Position numbers and translations under genes: made by a program
Origin: a virus
IMG/VR virus record: IMGVR_UViG_3300027747_004779
Span: 32,001 to 96,000 of that record
Direction: 5' to 3' (one strand)
DNA length: 64,000 nucleotides
In this document: positions 1 through 9,782 of the stretch, one piece after another
Layout of the letters: every line of letters starts with the position of its first letter
How positions within the stretch are numbered: position 1 is the stretch's first letter
Notes under the pieces: model-generated
The model's input: the letters and a program-made list of their open reading frames with translations, nothing else
Databases searched by the model: none
Told to the model about the DNA's origin: nothing

Positions 1-1
1 C

Positions 2-838
2 TGTTGTGCGACCTGATTTAAATATTGGGTCATTTAATGTTAAGTTATTAATTTCTTCTGTAGTAGCAAAATTTATAGGTACGCGAAAAGGTGCGGAAAG
101 TGTATACCAACTATTAGTTCCAATAAGAGAATCATCGAGGTTTACGACTGCAACGTCTACAAAGTTTATATCAGTATCGGTTAACGGATAGCATCTTTTA
201 GTATTGCCAATAATATCTGCAGCGTTGTTTACAATACCACTATCCCATGAAGAGTTTTGATAACAATTAATTAACCTATAAGCAGATGAAGTTGAACCAT
301 AAGTATCACCAGCAAAGAAGAACGGTGTTTCGCTTTCATAATAAGACCCGCCAGGTGCACCTGCAACGTGGTTACAGGTGAGCCCAACCAATTTACCGTC
401 TATAGTATCAACAACAATACCGCCTAAAGTACCAGTGTTCACATACCCATCGGGTGGAGGTGCTGCCATAGACACACCGCCGCTAAGTGGTCTAACTCGA
501 GCACGATTATAGCTTACCGGAGGCGGTACATTCGGTGGAACACTTCTATCGCCGGTATTATAACAATATCCTGTAATAAGTGATATGGGCCTTGCTTCGT
601 ATACATCAGTCTTATATTCTTTATTATCTATTGTAATTGTTGGCGGTACTAAATGTTCTGGTTTTACATATCGATACGTATATTTTTTTTCAACCCCAAA
701 GCGAATAGACAATATGTTAGTGCGTATACTTTTAACTTCTTTATATCCTAAGCTAACTGCAAGAGAGTTATACTTTTTACTTTTATAAAAAGCTAAAAGC
801 TCTTCGCGTACTTTTTTATAATGCGAATTAGTTATCAT
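2..838 (-). CDS. Trypsin-like (S1/NAL1-like) serine protease, 3'-truncated by the window edge; not in the ORF track
   Basis: Manual translation from ATG at 838: MITNSHYKKVREELL...GTLGGIVVDTIDGKLVGLTCNHVAG...NFVDVAVVNL...IFKSGRTT. The frame is open to the window edge. It has the catalytic His (CNHV) and Asp (VDVAV) plus the KxGRTT motif; the catalytic Ser lies outside the window. Confidence 0.75.
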   Translation of the reverse strand, partial: MITNSHYKKVREELLAFYKSKKYNSLAVSLGYKEVKSIRTNILSIRFGVEKKYTYRYVKPEHLVPPTITIDNKEYKTDVYEARPISLITGYCYNTGDRSVPPNVPPPVSYNRARVRPLSGGVSMAAPPPDGYVNTGTLGGIVVDTIDGKLVGLTCNHVAGAPGGSYYESETPFFFAGDTYGSTSSAYRLINCYQNSSWDSGIVNNAADIIGNTKRCYPLTDTDINFVDVAVVNLDDSLIGTNSWYTLSAPFRVPINFATTEEINNLTLNDPIFKSGRTT

Positions 839-839
839 A

Positions 840-1712
840 TTAACTGTAAGTCACAAACTCTACTGTTAGCTGCTCAGGATTTGATGTAGTGGGTGTTACT
901 GAAGGTGTCGGTGTTAATGTCGGTGTAACTGTCGGCGTTGGTGTAACTGTCGGTGTGACTGTCGGTGTCGGGGTCGGGGTATATTTCATTCCGTTTGATG
1001 ACACAGTCTTACTTGTAGTAGAACTAAGCAACAAAAAGTTACTAACATAGTTCGTTCCATCTGTATCAATTTCAAATACCTCAACACTTTTTATTGCTTT
1101 ATCTACGCTACGTGTTAACTGCGCAGTATTAATGAGGTGAAAATCATCAAACTTGAATATAGTATCCGGAATGAGAGTTATTTTAAGATTAAAGATATTA
1201 AGAGAAAGATCTCCGTTAACAACAGTAATTGTCGGATAATATGTCGTACTTAAAAGTGATGTCGGCGTAAAGGTAAAATCAACATTCGTATCTTTTGGAG
1301 AGCCGGGATCTAGTACCGCGGTATTATTTGACAATACATTCTGAACTATACCTTTTTCTATATTCCTAACATTATCATTGCCTTCAAAATCATATAAAAT
1401 CTTCATTATCGCGTAATACGTTTCATCTAGAGCGGATGGGACAATGGTAAGTGTTGTTATTCCCTTGAATAGGCCCAGATCTGCGCTTAAGATTGTATTG
1501 TAAACTGGATAACCCCACGGGAAATAGAGACCTCCGTTAGCTGTAAGCGGAAACACGTATCCACCAGATGTAGTGCTAAAAAAACTGCCATCTGCACTCT
1601 GTGGGTAGTCTATATTTGTACCGAATACCGGGTCGATAAAAAGATAATGATTTATTATGGTCGGGTACTGTATAGTTTGGTAACTAGAGAGTACGTAATT
1701 AATATAATTCAC
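840..1712 (-). CDS. Putative virion structural protein with a short C-terminal Thr/Pro (PTVT) repeat
   Basis: 290-aa ORF, beta-rich, ending TPTPTPTVTPTVTPTPTVTPTLTPTPSVTPT. TAAATA lies 5 nt upstream of the GTG start (late promoter). Confidence 0.5.
   Translation of the reverse strand: MNYINYVLSSYQTIQYPTIINHYLFIDPVFGTNIDYPQSADGSFFSTTSGGYVFPLTANGGLYFPWGYPVYNTILSADLGLFKGITTLTIVPSALDETYYAIMKILYDFEGNDNVRNIEKGIVQNVLSNNTAVLDPGSPKDTNVDFTFTPTSLLSTTYYPTITVVNGDLSLNIFNLKITLIPDTIFKFDDFHLINTAQLTRSVDKAIKSVEVFEIDTDGTNYVSNFLLLSSTTSKTVSSNGMKYTPTPTPTVTPTVTPTPTVTPTLTPTPSVTPTTSNPEQLTVEFVTYS
883..980 (-). repeat. Thr/Pro (PT/PTVT) coding tandem repeat
   Basis: Repeated gtcggt/gtaact units encoding (T-X)n. Confidence 0.85.
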
Positions 1713-1752
1713 ATTATTATTTACTAATAATAGGTATATATACCCGTGAAAA

Positions 1753-4083
1753 CTAACTCTCTTTTCTTAATTCGCTCTTATAATGCGCAAATCTATTATG
1801 TTCTATAGGAGATAGTAATAATACCGCACTGTTTACAGTGCCTTCTTTTGTTAATTGAAAGATATAAGACATCCAAGTTTGTTCAAAAGGATGGGCCCAA
1901 GTAGTTGTTAAAAACATCTTTTTATTACCTTCTCGTGATACAATCTGCGGCCAGTTACAGTAATAAACATCGCCTGTTGCATAGGCTAGACCCTCAAGAG
2001 TTTTAATATTCTTAAATTCAGTCTTTGGTGATTTTGGATCTGTCCCTATTTCAGGAAGTTTACAGTAATTAGGCCAAAACTTTTCACGTATATTCTGTGG
2101 CACATTATACCACGACCATTGTGTGGTGTTATTACCATAAAATTCAGTAAAAGAAAACTTTATAAAGTCCAGCTCTTCCTTATGCATAATTTTATGAATT
2201 TTTGAAAATAGATTAGATACATACCTGGCAAAACCACTCTTACATCTATCACCGTTTTCTTCTAGAAGATACATATCATCCTCTAGAAAAATATAATGCT
2301 TTGCGTCTGTCTTATCAAAATGCTCAGCAATGAATTGTCGACCGCCACATATACCTAGATTATCTTTTTTAATATGCTCAAAATTATACTGCTTACAAAT
2401 TCTCTTATATTCCTCAGTAGTTGACAAATCTGTACTATTATCTAACAAATAATTTGTAGTTTCGGAAATAAATCCTGGGTGTTTGGTATATGACTCGCAA
2501 AGCGTTTCAAATTGTTTCGGTGAATTAAAGGTTATAACATATAAGCTTGTGCCTGCATATTCTTTTACTTTAAGTTTTGCAGCATCTTCAACTTTAGTAT
2601 TTTTTAAATCTTCAAAAAATTTACCAATAAGACCATTTCCATCAATAGAAAATAAACTAAATAAATCGCGATTAAGGTATGTCATAAGAGTGAAAATACT
2701 CTCCTCTGTACCCATATATCCTTCATTAAGAGTCTGTTGCAAGAGCCCGTAATACATTCCGTTAGCTTGACTAATCGTTTCTTTTGGTCCTCCGAAAAAT
2801 CCTCCTCTGCAAACATATTCAACATTTTTTGTTTGCGCAAGTTCATTCATTTTTGTTCTTGTAAATCCATGTATCTCGCCACCCTCGGGATACGGAAAGC
2901 TTATAAACATAAATTTATCAACTATTTTCGAAAGCTTTTCTTGCACTTTATCGTGCGTAAAATACCCCCAGTGCACAGTATTTGTTATACCAGCATCAAT
3001 CCAATAAAATTGTTTAGAGTTAAATGGGTTCCATATTGAAACGTTATTAAGCATAAACATTTTGCTCATAACCAAAGGGTTGTACATTTTTAATTTCGCT
3101 TGCGTCGACTCTGCCAGCCAACCGGCTTGTCCCAGCCATTCAGGCTTTTTGCGTATAGTATCTGTTATATCAGTAAAAGGAAACCATTTTTCGAGTTCCT
3201 GTAAACTCATAGTATTAACTACTGTATTTGATCTACTTCTGTGCTTCCATACCAACTCTTCATCAGCTTTATCAATGAAAATATATAGATTTACAGGTGC
3301 TTTAAGAAGTTCAATAAACTTATCCAAGTACGTCTGATAAGAGCGATGAAAGGATGTACCAATATCTCCTCTTCCTAGATTCCAAAGACCGGTAACGAAC
3401 GTTAGCGAAGAATCAGTTGTTACGGGAAATTTATTTTCTGTTTCTTGTTTCTGTTGTTCTACTTTTTCTGCTATACTGTTTAAATTAATAATAGCTTTAT
3501 GTGGATAATCTTTTTTAATCTCAGTTTCATCAGGTAAATCTATTGTATATATAATTTGATCATTATTTAAAGTATTCTTGTTTAAAAAAACGCCATAATC
3601 ATATCGAACACAAAACGCTGTATAATTTTTATATGTGTCTATAAATTTTCTATAAGTTAATTTATCTTGTACATGTATTTCATGAGTATTACCGTAATGC
3701 TCGCCTTGCGACGCCATAAACGGCACAGCTATTATAACATGTGTTTTAGTATCATCGATCTTGCTTAGTAGTTTTAGAGAATCTTCCTCACTAATATGCT
3801 CTAATACATCGCCAAAAATAATTAAATCATAGGAGTTAAGATCTATATTCGAATTAATTATATTTTCATTAAATACTTTATTATACTTACCTTTGAGTTG
3901 ATAGTCTTCAATATATTTTGCAAATACTTCAACACAATCAAGATTTGTATAACCTAAAGGTTTTAGGAGATTAGAATATGTACCGACACCAGGTCCAACA
4001 TCTAATATTTTTATATCTGTTTTAAAGTTTTTTACAATGTAGTCTAATGTCTCAGTCTTAAAGAAACTCGTAGATACGGGCAT
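1753..4083 (-). CDS. Fusion: class I SAM methyltransferase + HtrL/YibB-like domain + GT-A glycosyltransferase-like domain
   Basis: N-terminal ILDVGPGVG...YDLIIFGDVLEH (SAM MTase); middle TFVTGLWNLGR...SKMFML...FYWIDAG...GGFFGG...EE (HtrL-like); C-terminal YVITFNSP...YIFLEDD (GT-A DxD-like). Confidence 0.7.
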   Translation of the reverse strand: MPVSTSFFKTETLDYIVKNFKTDIKILDVGPGVGTYSNLLKPLGYTNLDCVEVFAKYIEDYQLKGKYNKVFNENIINSNIDLNSYDLIIFGDVLEHISEEDSLKLLSKIDDTKTHVIIAVPFMASQGEHYGNTHEIHVQDKLTYRKFIDTYKNYTAFCVRYDYGVFLNKNTLNNDQIIYTIDLPDETEIKKDYPHKAIINLNSIAEKVEQQKQETENKFPVTTDSSLTFVTGLWNLGRGDIGTSFHRSYQTYLDKFIELLKAPVNLYIFIDKADEELVWKHRSRSNTVVNTMSLQELEKWFPFTDITDTIRKKPEWLGQAGWLAESTQAKLKMYNPLVMSKMFMLNNVSIWNPFNSKQFYWIDAGITNTVHWGYFTHDKVQEKLSKIVDKFMFISFPYPEGGEIHGFTRTKMNELAQTKNVEYVCRGGFFGGPKETISQANGMYYGLLQQTLNEGYMGTEESIFTLMTYLNRDLFSLFSIDGNGLIGKFFEDLKNTKVEDAAKLKVKEYAGTSLYVITFNSPKQFETLCESYTKHPGFISETTNYLLDNSTDLSTTEEYKRICKQYNFEHIKKDNLGICGGRQFIAEHFDKTDAKHYIFLEDDMYLLEENGDRCKSGFARYVSNLFSKIHKIMHKEELDFIKFSFTEFYGNNTTQWSWYNVPQNIREKFWPNYCKLPEIGTDPKSPKTEFKNIKTLEGLAYATGDVYYCNWPQIVSREGNKKMFLTTTWAHPFEQTWMSYIFQLTKEGTVNSAVLLLSPIEHNRFAHYKSELRKES

Positions 4084-4112
4084 ACAATTATATAATTAAC
4101 TTCAAAAAAATA

Positions 4113-5018
4113 TCAAGACGCGGGTAAATCATATATTCTAGTAAAGACCTTATAGAAACTGTCGCCGTCTTTATCTAGTACACTACAACGTTCACCGGGG
4201 GAATGGAAATACCAAGTATAAAACTTATGAAGTTCGAATAATTCTGGATATGCAGAATATAAAGCACTAAAAATTTGCTCTTCAAGTACATGTACATCTT
4301 TTGTTAGAAAATATTTCAATACATCACTGTAAATAGCAAAAAACTGCTTAAATGGTTCTTTATAGCCGCCAAAAAGCCCGCCAATAAGATGATTTGTCAT
4401 TGGTGATACATTTTTCTTGCAGTATTCGGATATAATATGATGAACCGGTGTAGGGTCGCCTTGAAACGGTAAAGAGCAAAAGAAAAGTTTATCCTGGAGA
4501 ATAGAGTTAGATAAATTTTGACTTAATCTGGGGTTAAAGATATTATTCGGATTATTTGGATAATAGTGTGCCGGTGATATTACACTTAACAATTCAACAC
4601 CGCCAACTCTTTCTGGAAAAATACCATGATGTGTAAGCCCGCTATCAATCCAAAAATATTTGTCTGAGGGAAAATAGTTCTTTTCAATAGTATCGTTAAT
4701 CCAGTATGCTTTACTAAAGCAAAGTGTTTCGTTACGATCGTTTAATGTTATTTTTTTTATAATTCTTTTCTTAAATTCTAATGCCGCTTCACAGAACTCA
4801 AAACCGCTAATGTGATGCGGTATAACCTTAAAATCTTTCATATATGCTGACACTCGGCTCTCTACAATAGGTGCATCTTCATGGCTCGTGTAAATTACAA
4901 TAGGGCAATTTAAATTAGCGATATTTCTTAATGAAGAATCAAAAAAAGATACATCCCTTCCACGGCCGCCATAAATTGTATTAATATTATGGCTATAAAT
5001 AGCTGTTACAAGTGTCAT
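4113..5018 (-). CDS. HtrL/YibB-like putative glycosyltransferase
   Basis: TLVTAIY...SKAYWI...YFWIDSG...IGGLFGG...EEQIFS; paralogous to the middle domain of 1753..4083. Confidence 0.65.
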   Translation of the reverse strand: MTLVTAIYSHNINTIYGGRGRDVSFFDSSLRNIANLNCPIVIYTSHEDAPIVESRVSAYMKDFKVIPHHISGFEFCEAALEFKKRIIKKITLNDRNETLCFSKAYWINDTIEKNYFPSDKYFWIDSGLTHHGIFPERVGGVELLSVISPAHYYPNNPNNIFNPRLSQNLSNSILQDKLFFCSLPFQGDPTPVHHIISEYCKKNVSPMTNHLIGGLFGGYKEPFKQFFAIYSDVLKYFLTKDVHVLEEQIFSALYSAYPELFELHKFYTWYFHSPGERCSVLDKDGDSFYKVFTRIYDLPAS

Positions 5019-5746
5019 ATCTCCACTCCAAGCTTACCGTACTTTCTTAAGTTAAGACAATGATCGAAATTTTGCATACTATTTGCAAGAGGATGAATAT
5101 ACGCATTCCATTGATATGTCATTAGATAATGATTTTTATCGTAAGTACCGTTAATGTCCGACTGATTATCGATTTGTGTCACTATAGGATATTTAGCACA
5201 AAAGCTTTTAAATTTAGGATAAATTGCAATGTCAAAATACTGATCTATTGCATTATGCATATGTACGTTTTCTATAATTTCGTTTGTATTCCATTTAGTC
5301 ACCGCTTCTGCTACTCTTCTATTGTAAATAAATCCTGATGTTCCAAATATTCCGCGGTGTCTATTGGGGTCTTTTGGCGGTACATTAGATAAATCTGTTA
5401 AAATACCATCTGGTTTATGTATAGGGCGATGAATCGAGGGAGCAAAGTGAAATAGGTCCCAATCCGTATGGTTTAATGCATTTTCTACATTTTCTAATAA
5501 CACTTTTGCATACGGCATAAAAAACAAATCATCTTCCATGACAATAATATGCTCATCGTTGCTATCTAAAAGCATTTGTGCAATAGCCATGTGCGATAAT
5601 CCGCAGCCAATATAGCTTTTTTTGTCAATACCCTCAAATGCAATAAAATCCCAGCCCATATATTCCATTTCTTTTCTTGAATGCTCAAGTCTATCAGGTC
5701 TTCTTTTAAGGTTTATAATATATTTTTTTATGGAATTAATATTCAT
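5015..5746 (-). CDS. Glycosyltransferase family 25
   Basis: YIINLKRRPDRLE, GCGLSH, IIVMEDD and a downstream AIDQY, typical of GT25. Confidence 0.8.
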   Translation of the reverse strand: MNINSIKKYIINLKRRPDRLEHSRKEMEYMGWDFIAFEGIDKKSYIGCGLSHMAIAQMLLDSNDEHIIVMEDDLFFMPYAKVLLENVENALNHTDWDLFHFAPSIHRPIHKPDGILTDLSNVPPKDPNRHRGIFGTSGFIYNRRVAEAVTKWNTNEIIENVHMHNAIDQYFDIAIYPKFKSFCAKYPIVTQIDNQSDINGTYDKNHYLMTYQWNAYIHPLANSMQNFDHCLNLRKYGKLGVEI

Positions 5747-6501
5747 GTATTATACCTTAGATTACTTATATCATAATGCCCTCTACGGTGAACAAAAATA
5801 ACAGCGTCATTCTGCATAGCTGTCTGTAAAGTTCTTGTAAAATCTGTCCAGTAGCCATATCTATCGATATCCTGTTTTTTACAGTTATACCGTGATACCA
5901 ATATAGAATATACACTCTGATCATGTCTATGATTCTCTTCATCTCCTACTACACAGCCTTCAATTTTAGAATACTCAAAGGCTTCATTTATTAAAGACTG
6001 GTATTTACCTCGAGACTTATACCCTAAAATACCTGAAGATATAATTGTATCATTAAGCTCACCGTCTGTAGCATTCATTATTTCACGACATTTCTTTTTT
6101 GTAAATGTGCATGTTAAATGAACGTCACCGACTACAAAAATCTCTTCTTTTTCAATAATATCAAACATCTCTTTTATGTCTTTTAATAACATTACACCTG
6201 CATCAAGCCATAATACGTTGTTACCGTAATTTTGCGCATCGTATACGCAAAATAATTTATACGCGTGACCGCTAGGTAATAGATAGTTTTTGTAAGGTAG
6301 CGGGGATAAGCTAGAGAAATTAAGTAGTGTTACTTTTTGTATTTTTGAAAGTATAGACTTATTTTCTTCATCTAAATTTAAGTCGTAAACAAATATTTGA
6401 TCAACAGTATCAAAACTATGTTGATGTATACTACTTATTAATGTCTTTAGCGATTCAAAATAAAGATCGTTAGCTGCTGTAATTACAATGTTTCTATACA
6501 T
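5743..6501 (-). CDS. DUF1647-like putative glycosyltransferase (GT-A fold)
   Basis: VITAANDLYF...VYDLNL...YK...VLWLDAG...HRHDQSVYSIL. Confidence 0.6.
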   Translation of the reverse strand: MYRNIVITAANDLYFESLKTLISSIHQHSFDTVDQIFVYDLNLDEENKSILSKIQKVTLLNFSSLSPLPYKNYLLPSGHAYKLFCVYDAQNYGNNVLWLDAGVMLLKDIKEMFDIIEKEEIFVVGDVHLTCTFTKKKCREIMNATDGELNDTIISSGILGYKSRGKYQSLINEAFEYSKIEGCVVGDEENHRHDQSVYSILVSRYNCKKQDIDRYGYWTDFTRTLQTAMQNDAVIFVHRRGHYDISNLRYNT

Positions 6502-7289
6502 TTCTGTATTAAATGCTCGGGGTGAATATACTGTTTTGCTTTTTCAAAATTTTCTTTCACGCTATCGAGCATGGATAAATATAATTCAGGTGTGAGTGTA
6601 GATAATATTTCTGGCAATTGTTCCGGGTCTTTAAAACGTAAAATGCTTGTTGTATTGAAATATTTTTCAATTGCCGGACATCCTAGATAAATAGGAATTG
6701 TACCGGTTAAGAGACAATCTAATAATTTTTCTGTAAAATAATCTTCTTCTTCACTATTTTCAACTACAATAGAAAAATAAAAATCTTTATGTGCTTCTAT
6801 TTTGTATGGAATTCGATTATTGCAACCGCTGCCAAAGAAAGAAATATTAGTAGTTGTTTTTAACATATCATAAATTCTGTGTCGCTGTCTATGGTAACCG
6901 TTCCACTGCTTATCTGAAAAAAGAAAACTCATTAACTGTGTTTTTGGGTATATTTCTAATTCATTCTGCCTTAGCCACGTACCACCGTGAGGTATAAATT
7001 TGAAGTTGTTAATTTTTGTTTCTATATTTCTATAGTAAGAAAATACATATTTAAATTTCTCATAATTTTTAATAATATTATTATAATTGTCGCCGTTAAT
7101 AATAGGTGGCTCTATTATCCATGCATAGTTTTGCTTTGTATTATCTATTGGTTGGTTAAAGCAAAATTTATCTGTATATATACCAATATCATAATCTGCT
7201 ATTTCACGTTGCCAGCCTACCTGCGGGTCAATATAAGGGCAAAGCCCAGGCTGACCTAATAAATTTTCATCAAAAAATCTTATATTCAT
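6483..7289 (-). CDS. Glycosyltransferase family 10 (alpha-1,3/4-fucosyltransferase-like)
   Basis: GT10 signature FYFSIVVENSEEEDYFTEKLLDCLLTGTIPIYLG. Confidence 0.85.
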   Translation of the reverse strand: MNIRFFDENLLGQPGLCPYIDPQVGWQREIADYDIGIYTDKFCFNQPIDNTKQNYAWIIEPPIINGDNYNNIIKNYEKFKYVFSYYRNIETKINNFKFIPHGGTWLRQNELEIYPKTQLMSFLFSDKQWNGYHRQRHRIYDMLKTTTNISFFGSGCNNRIPYKIEAHKDFYFSIVVENSEEEDYFTEKLLDCLLTGTIPIYLGCPAIEKYFNTTSILRFKDPEQLPEILSTLTPELYLSMLDSVKENFEKAKQYIHPEHLIQKCIETL

Positions 7290-7290
7290 A

Positions 7291-7944
7291 TTAGTTTTTT
7301 ATAAAAATATCGTCTACGTCTAAAGATTTAATATGTGTAAAGCCTTTCTCTACTAAAAAATTCCTTATTTTTTCATCTTTATAGTTATTTTCTAAAGAAA
7401 TAGCAAATATATTGACTTTATTAAAATCGATAGTTTTTAAGACCTTTAATTCATTACCTTCTGTATCTAATGACAAGAAATCTATAGAGCTAATATTATG
7501 CTTATCTAAAAGCGTTTGAAGCGTTACAGTCTTAACTTTTATGATTTCTTTACTACCACCATAATGATGTATTTCGCCGTCTATTCTCCCTACATGCTTA
7601 GGTTCATATTCTTTAACTAGCCCGCTTAGCATCTCAGCGTAGCCATGCACTAATAAAAAATCATCTTCACCTTCATTATCTGATATTGCATAATTTTCAC
7701 ATATACATTTTCTATTAGCTTTTAACTGATCAAATATATTAGGTATTGGTTCAACGCAAAGACCTGTCCAACCAATCGATTCAAAATACTTACTATTTGA
7801 ATATGTAATGCCGTCGTGGGCCCCCACATCTACAAACACACCAGCTTGCTTGTTTTTAAAATATGTGTCGTTTAAATACCTATCTTGACCTAATTGGCTA
7901 CAATAATCCACAACAGTATTTATTAATAGTTGATTTCTGGCCAC
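7291..7944 (-). CDS. FkbM-family methyltransferase
   Basis: SQLGQD, FVDVGAHDGITYSNS, GLCVEP, IDFLSLDTEGNELKVL. Confidence 0.9.
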   Translation of the reverse strand: MARNQLLINTVVDYCSQLGQDRYLNDTYFKNKQAGVFVDVGAHDGITYSNSKYFESIGWTGLCVEPIPNIFDQLKANRKCICENYAISDNEGEDDFLLVHGYAEMLSGLVKEYEPKHVGRIDGEIHHYGGSKEIIKVKTVTLQTLLDKHNISSIDFLSLDTEGNELKVLKTIDFNKVNIFAISLENNYKDEKIRNFLVEKGFTHIKSLDVDDIFIKN

Positions 7945-8465
7945 TGAACTGATGTATATTTTTTAACTTCTTTAAGCAGTTGTTCGGTAGTCTCGAGACT
8001 CTCCTCTGCAAGAGCGCGCCAATGCCATTCGATATTTAATTCTGTTATAATAGACATATTATCATCTTGTATAAGTTTTCTAAGAACGCTATATTCTGCA
8101 CCTTCTATATCCATCTTAACAAAAACACGATCTCTACCTCTAAATTGCGAAATAAATTTAGAAAAGTCAATAGTTTCTATGGTTTGCTGAATAGAATAAG
8201 GTTGCTTAGAACTAAGAGATTCGAGAGTTGATCCTTCACCGATACCCTCACAGTTAAAAACACTTTCACCATCAGCTATCCAGACAGCTTTATTAAACGC
8301 GGTGATTTTCCACGGATGTTGACTTATTCTCTCTTGAATTTTACAGAGCGGGTTAGCTTCAAATGCATATGTTTCCCAATCGCCATGTTGACATCCACAC
8401 CACTCACCAATTGCAGCCATTTTTTCGCCAAAATGATAGCCGCAATCGATAAAGACTTTATTCAC
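7923..8465 (-). CDS. FkbM-family methyltransferase
   Basis: FIDCGYHFG, YAFEANP, KAVW, VFVKMDIEGAEYSVL, IEWH. Confidence 0.85.
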   Translation of the reverse strand: MNKVFIDCGYHFGEKMAAIGEWCGCQHGDWETYAFEANPLCKIQERISQHPWKITAFNKAVWIADGESVFNCEGIGEGSTLESLSSKQPYSIQQTIETIDFSKFISQFRGRDRVFVKMDIEGAEYSVLRKLIQDDNMSIITELNIEWHWRALAEESLETTEQLLKEVKKYTSVQWPEINY

Positions 8466-8468
8466 TAG

Positions 8469-9740
8469 TTAACTTACAGTATTATGTAGCTGGCCTGTAA
8501 TAGGTTCACACCATCCTTTACTAACACTATGCGGCCAAACAATCCAGCTAGAAGGCAATACATCTGTGTTAAATTCTCTCCAAACTTTGCAATAGTTGTC
8601 TGGGTCTTTTAACATTCTGTCTATCTCTGCTTTATCTGCATCTTTTCTATAAAGATCTTTTCCGGCTTTATCTTTAAAAGCAACACACCAAAAATCATAG
8701 TCTTTTTCAGGAACTTGTTGATACCCTACATCAATACAATGCTTAAAAATACTAAGAAACGATTTTTCATACTCTTCTTTAGTTAAATTATTGTTAGGAT
8801 TTGGTGGGTAATTACGTTCAAGTGTATGTTTTTGTATAGCGCGCTTCTTAAACGAAAGACCAGAATATCTTTCATAGTCTTCTAATGTACGGATTTTACC
8901 GAAATCATATTTTCCAAAATCGATATCTTTCTTTAATCCGTCCATTTGAAAGAGCTTTCTGTTTCTTAAGTGAGACTCCTCATTCCATTTACCCCAGCTC
9001 TTACTGTCATCCCAGTGTTTGGTCCTACCTTTTCTGGTATATTCGTGCCAAGCAATCACCATATGAGGGTGGAAGAGATCATAGCCCCAAGTGTATGATC
9101 TAACAGCAAGATTAATCTCCTCGCCATGAAAATAATAATATGGATCATATGGTACTTCTTTAACCCATTTTCCGAGAGTAAAAATAAAATGAGCTGATAC
9201 AAAGCGTGAAGGTACAGGCTCGGTTCGTTCTTTAAAGTCATCTATTGAAGCCGGTAAGAAAAATACAGCACCTTCAGGGATAAATCTATCAAAATCCATC
9301 TTCCATGGGATATGAATTCTTGCTTGTGGGTCATTATCTGGATCGAAGCTCGAAATATAGCCGGTCAAAAGGGGCTTTTTATGACCTTTCTTTTGAAGCT
9401 GCTTAACCATATCTATACACTTTACATCCCAGTCCTTAACAAAGCGGTGGTGGCTATCTAATTGTAGGTAATACTTCTCACCATTGTAATTTTTCTGTAT
9501 CTCACTGCGGGCCCAGCAAGTGCCGCGACTATCTTGATAAGGAATGTCAATAACTTTAACTCGTGGATCTTTAGCAAACTCTTCTAACGACTCTGTATCA
9601 TCACGCTGCCAACAAATACTAAATACTAAATTTTCTGGATTCTTAGCATTAGCAATACAATCTTTTAAGGTTGGAACTAGTTGCGGATCTCTATAAGAGG
9701 CAATGGAAATAAATATTTTGTCAGCTTTAGATTTACTCAT
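8469..9740 (-). CDS. GT60-family polypeptide alpha-GlcNAc transferase (Gnt1/Gnt2-like)
   Basis: IFISIASYRDPQL, GTCWARS, GEKYYLQLDSHHRFVKDWD (DSH motif), VPYDP...FHGEEI..AVRSYTWGYDLFHP. Preceded by a sigma70-like promoter. Confidence 0.85.
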   Translation of the reverse strand: MSKSKADKIFISIASYRDPQLVPTLKDCIANAKNPENLVFSICWQRDDTESLEEFAKDPRVKVIDIPYQDSRGTCWARSEIQKNYNGEKYYLQLDSHHRFVKDWDVKCIDMVKQLQKKGHKKPLLTGYISSFDPDNDPQARIHIPWKMDFDRFIPEGAVFFLPASIDDFKERTEPVPSRFVSAHFIFTLGKWVKEVPYDPYYYFHGEEINLAVRSYTWGYDLFHPHMVIAWHEYTRKGRTKHWDDSKSWGKWNEESHLRNRKLFQMDGLKKDIDFGKYDFGKIRTLEDYERYSGLSFKKRAIQKHTLERNYPPNPNNNLTKEEYEKSFLSIFKHCIDVGYQQVPEKDYDFWCVAFKDKAGKDLYRKDADKAEIDRMLKDPDNYCKVWREFNTDVLPSSWIVWPHSVSKGWCEPITGQLHNTVS

Positions 9741-9746
9741 TTAGTT

Positions 9747-9774
9747 ATTTTATACGATAACATTAATAAATCAA
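9747..9774 (-). promoter_or_regulatory. Sigma70-like promoter (TTGATT-N16-TAAAAT), 6 nt upstream of the GT60 ATG
   Basis: Same geometry as upstream of gp41, uvsX, gp45 and gp61. Confidence 0.6.
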
Positions 9775-9782
9775 TAACAAGC

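Noticed and set aside
6-788. + strand ORFs 6..191 and 585..788
   Set aside because: Antisense to the protease frame, which carries clear catalytic motifs.
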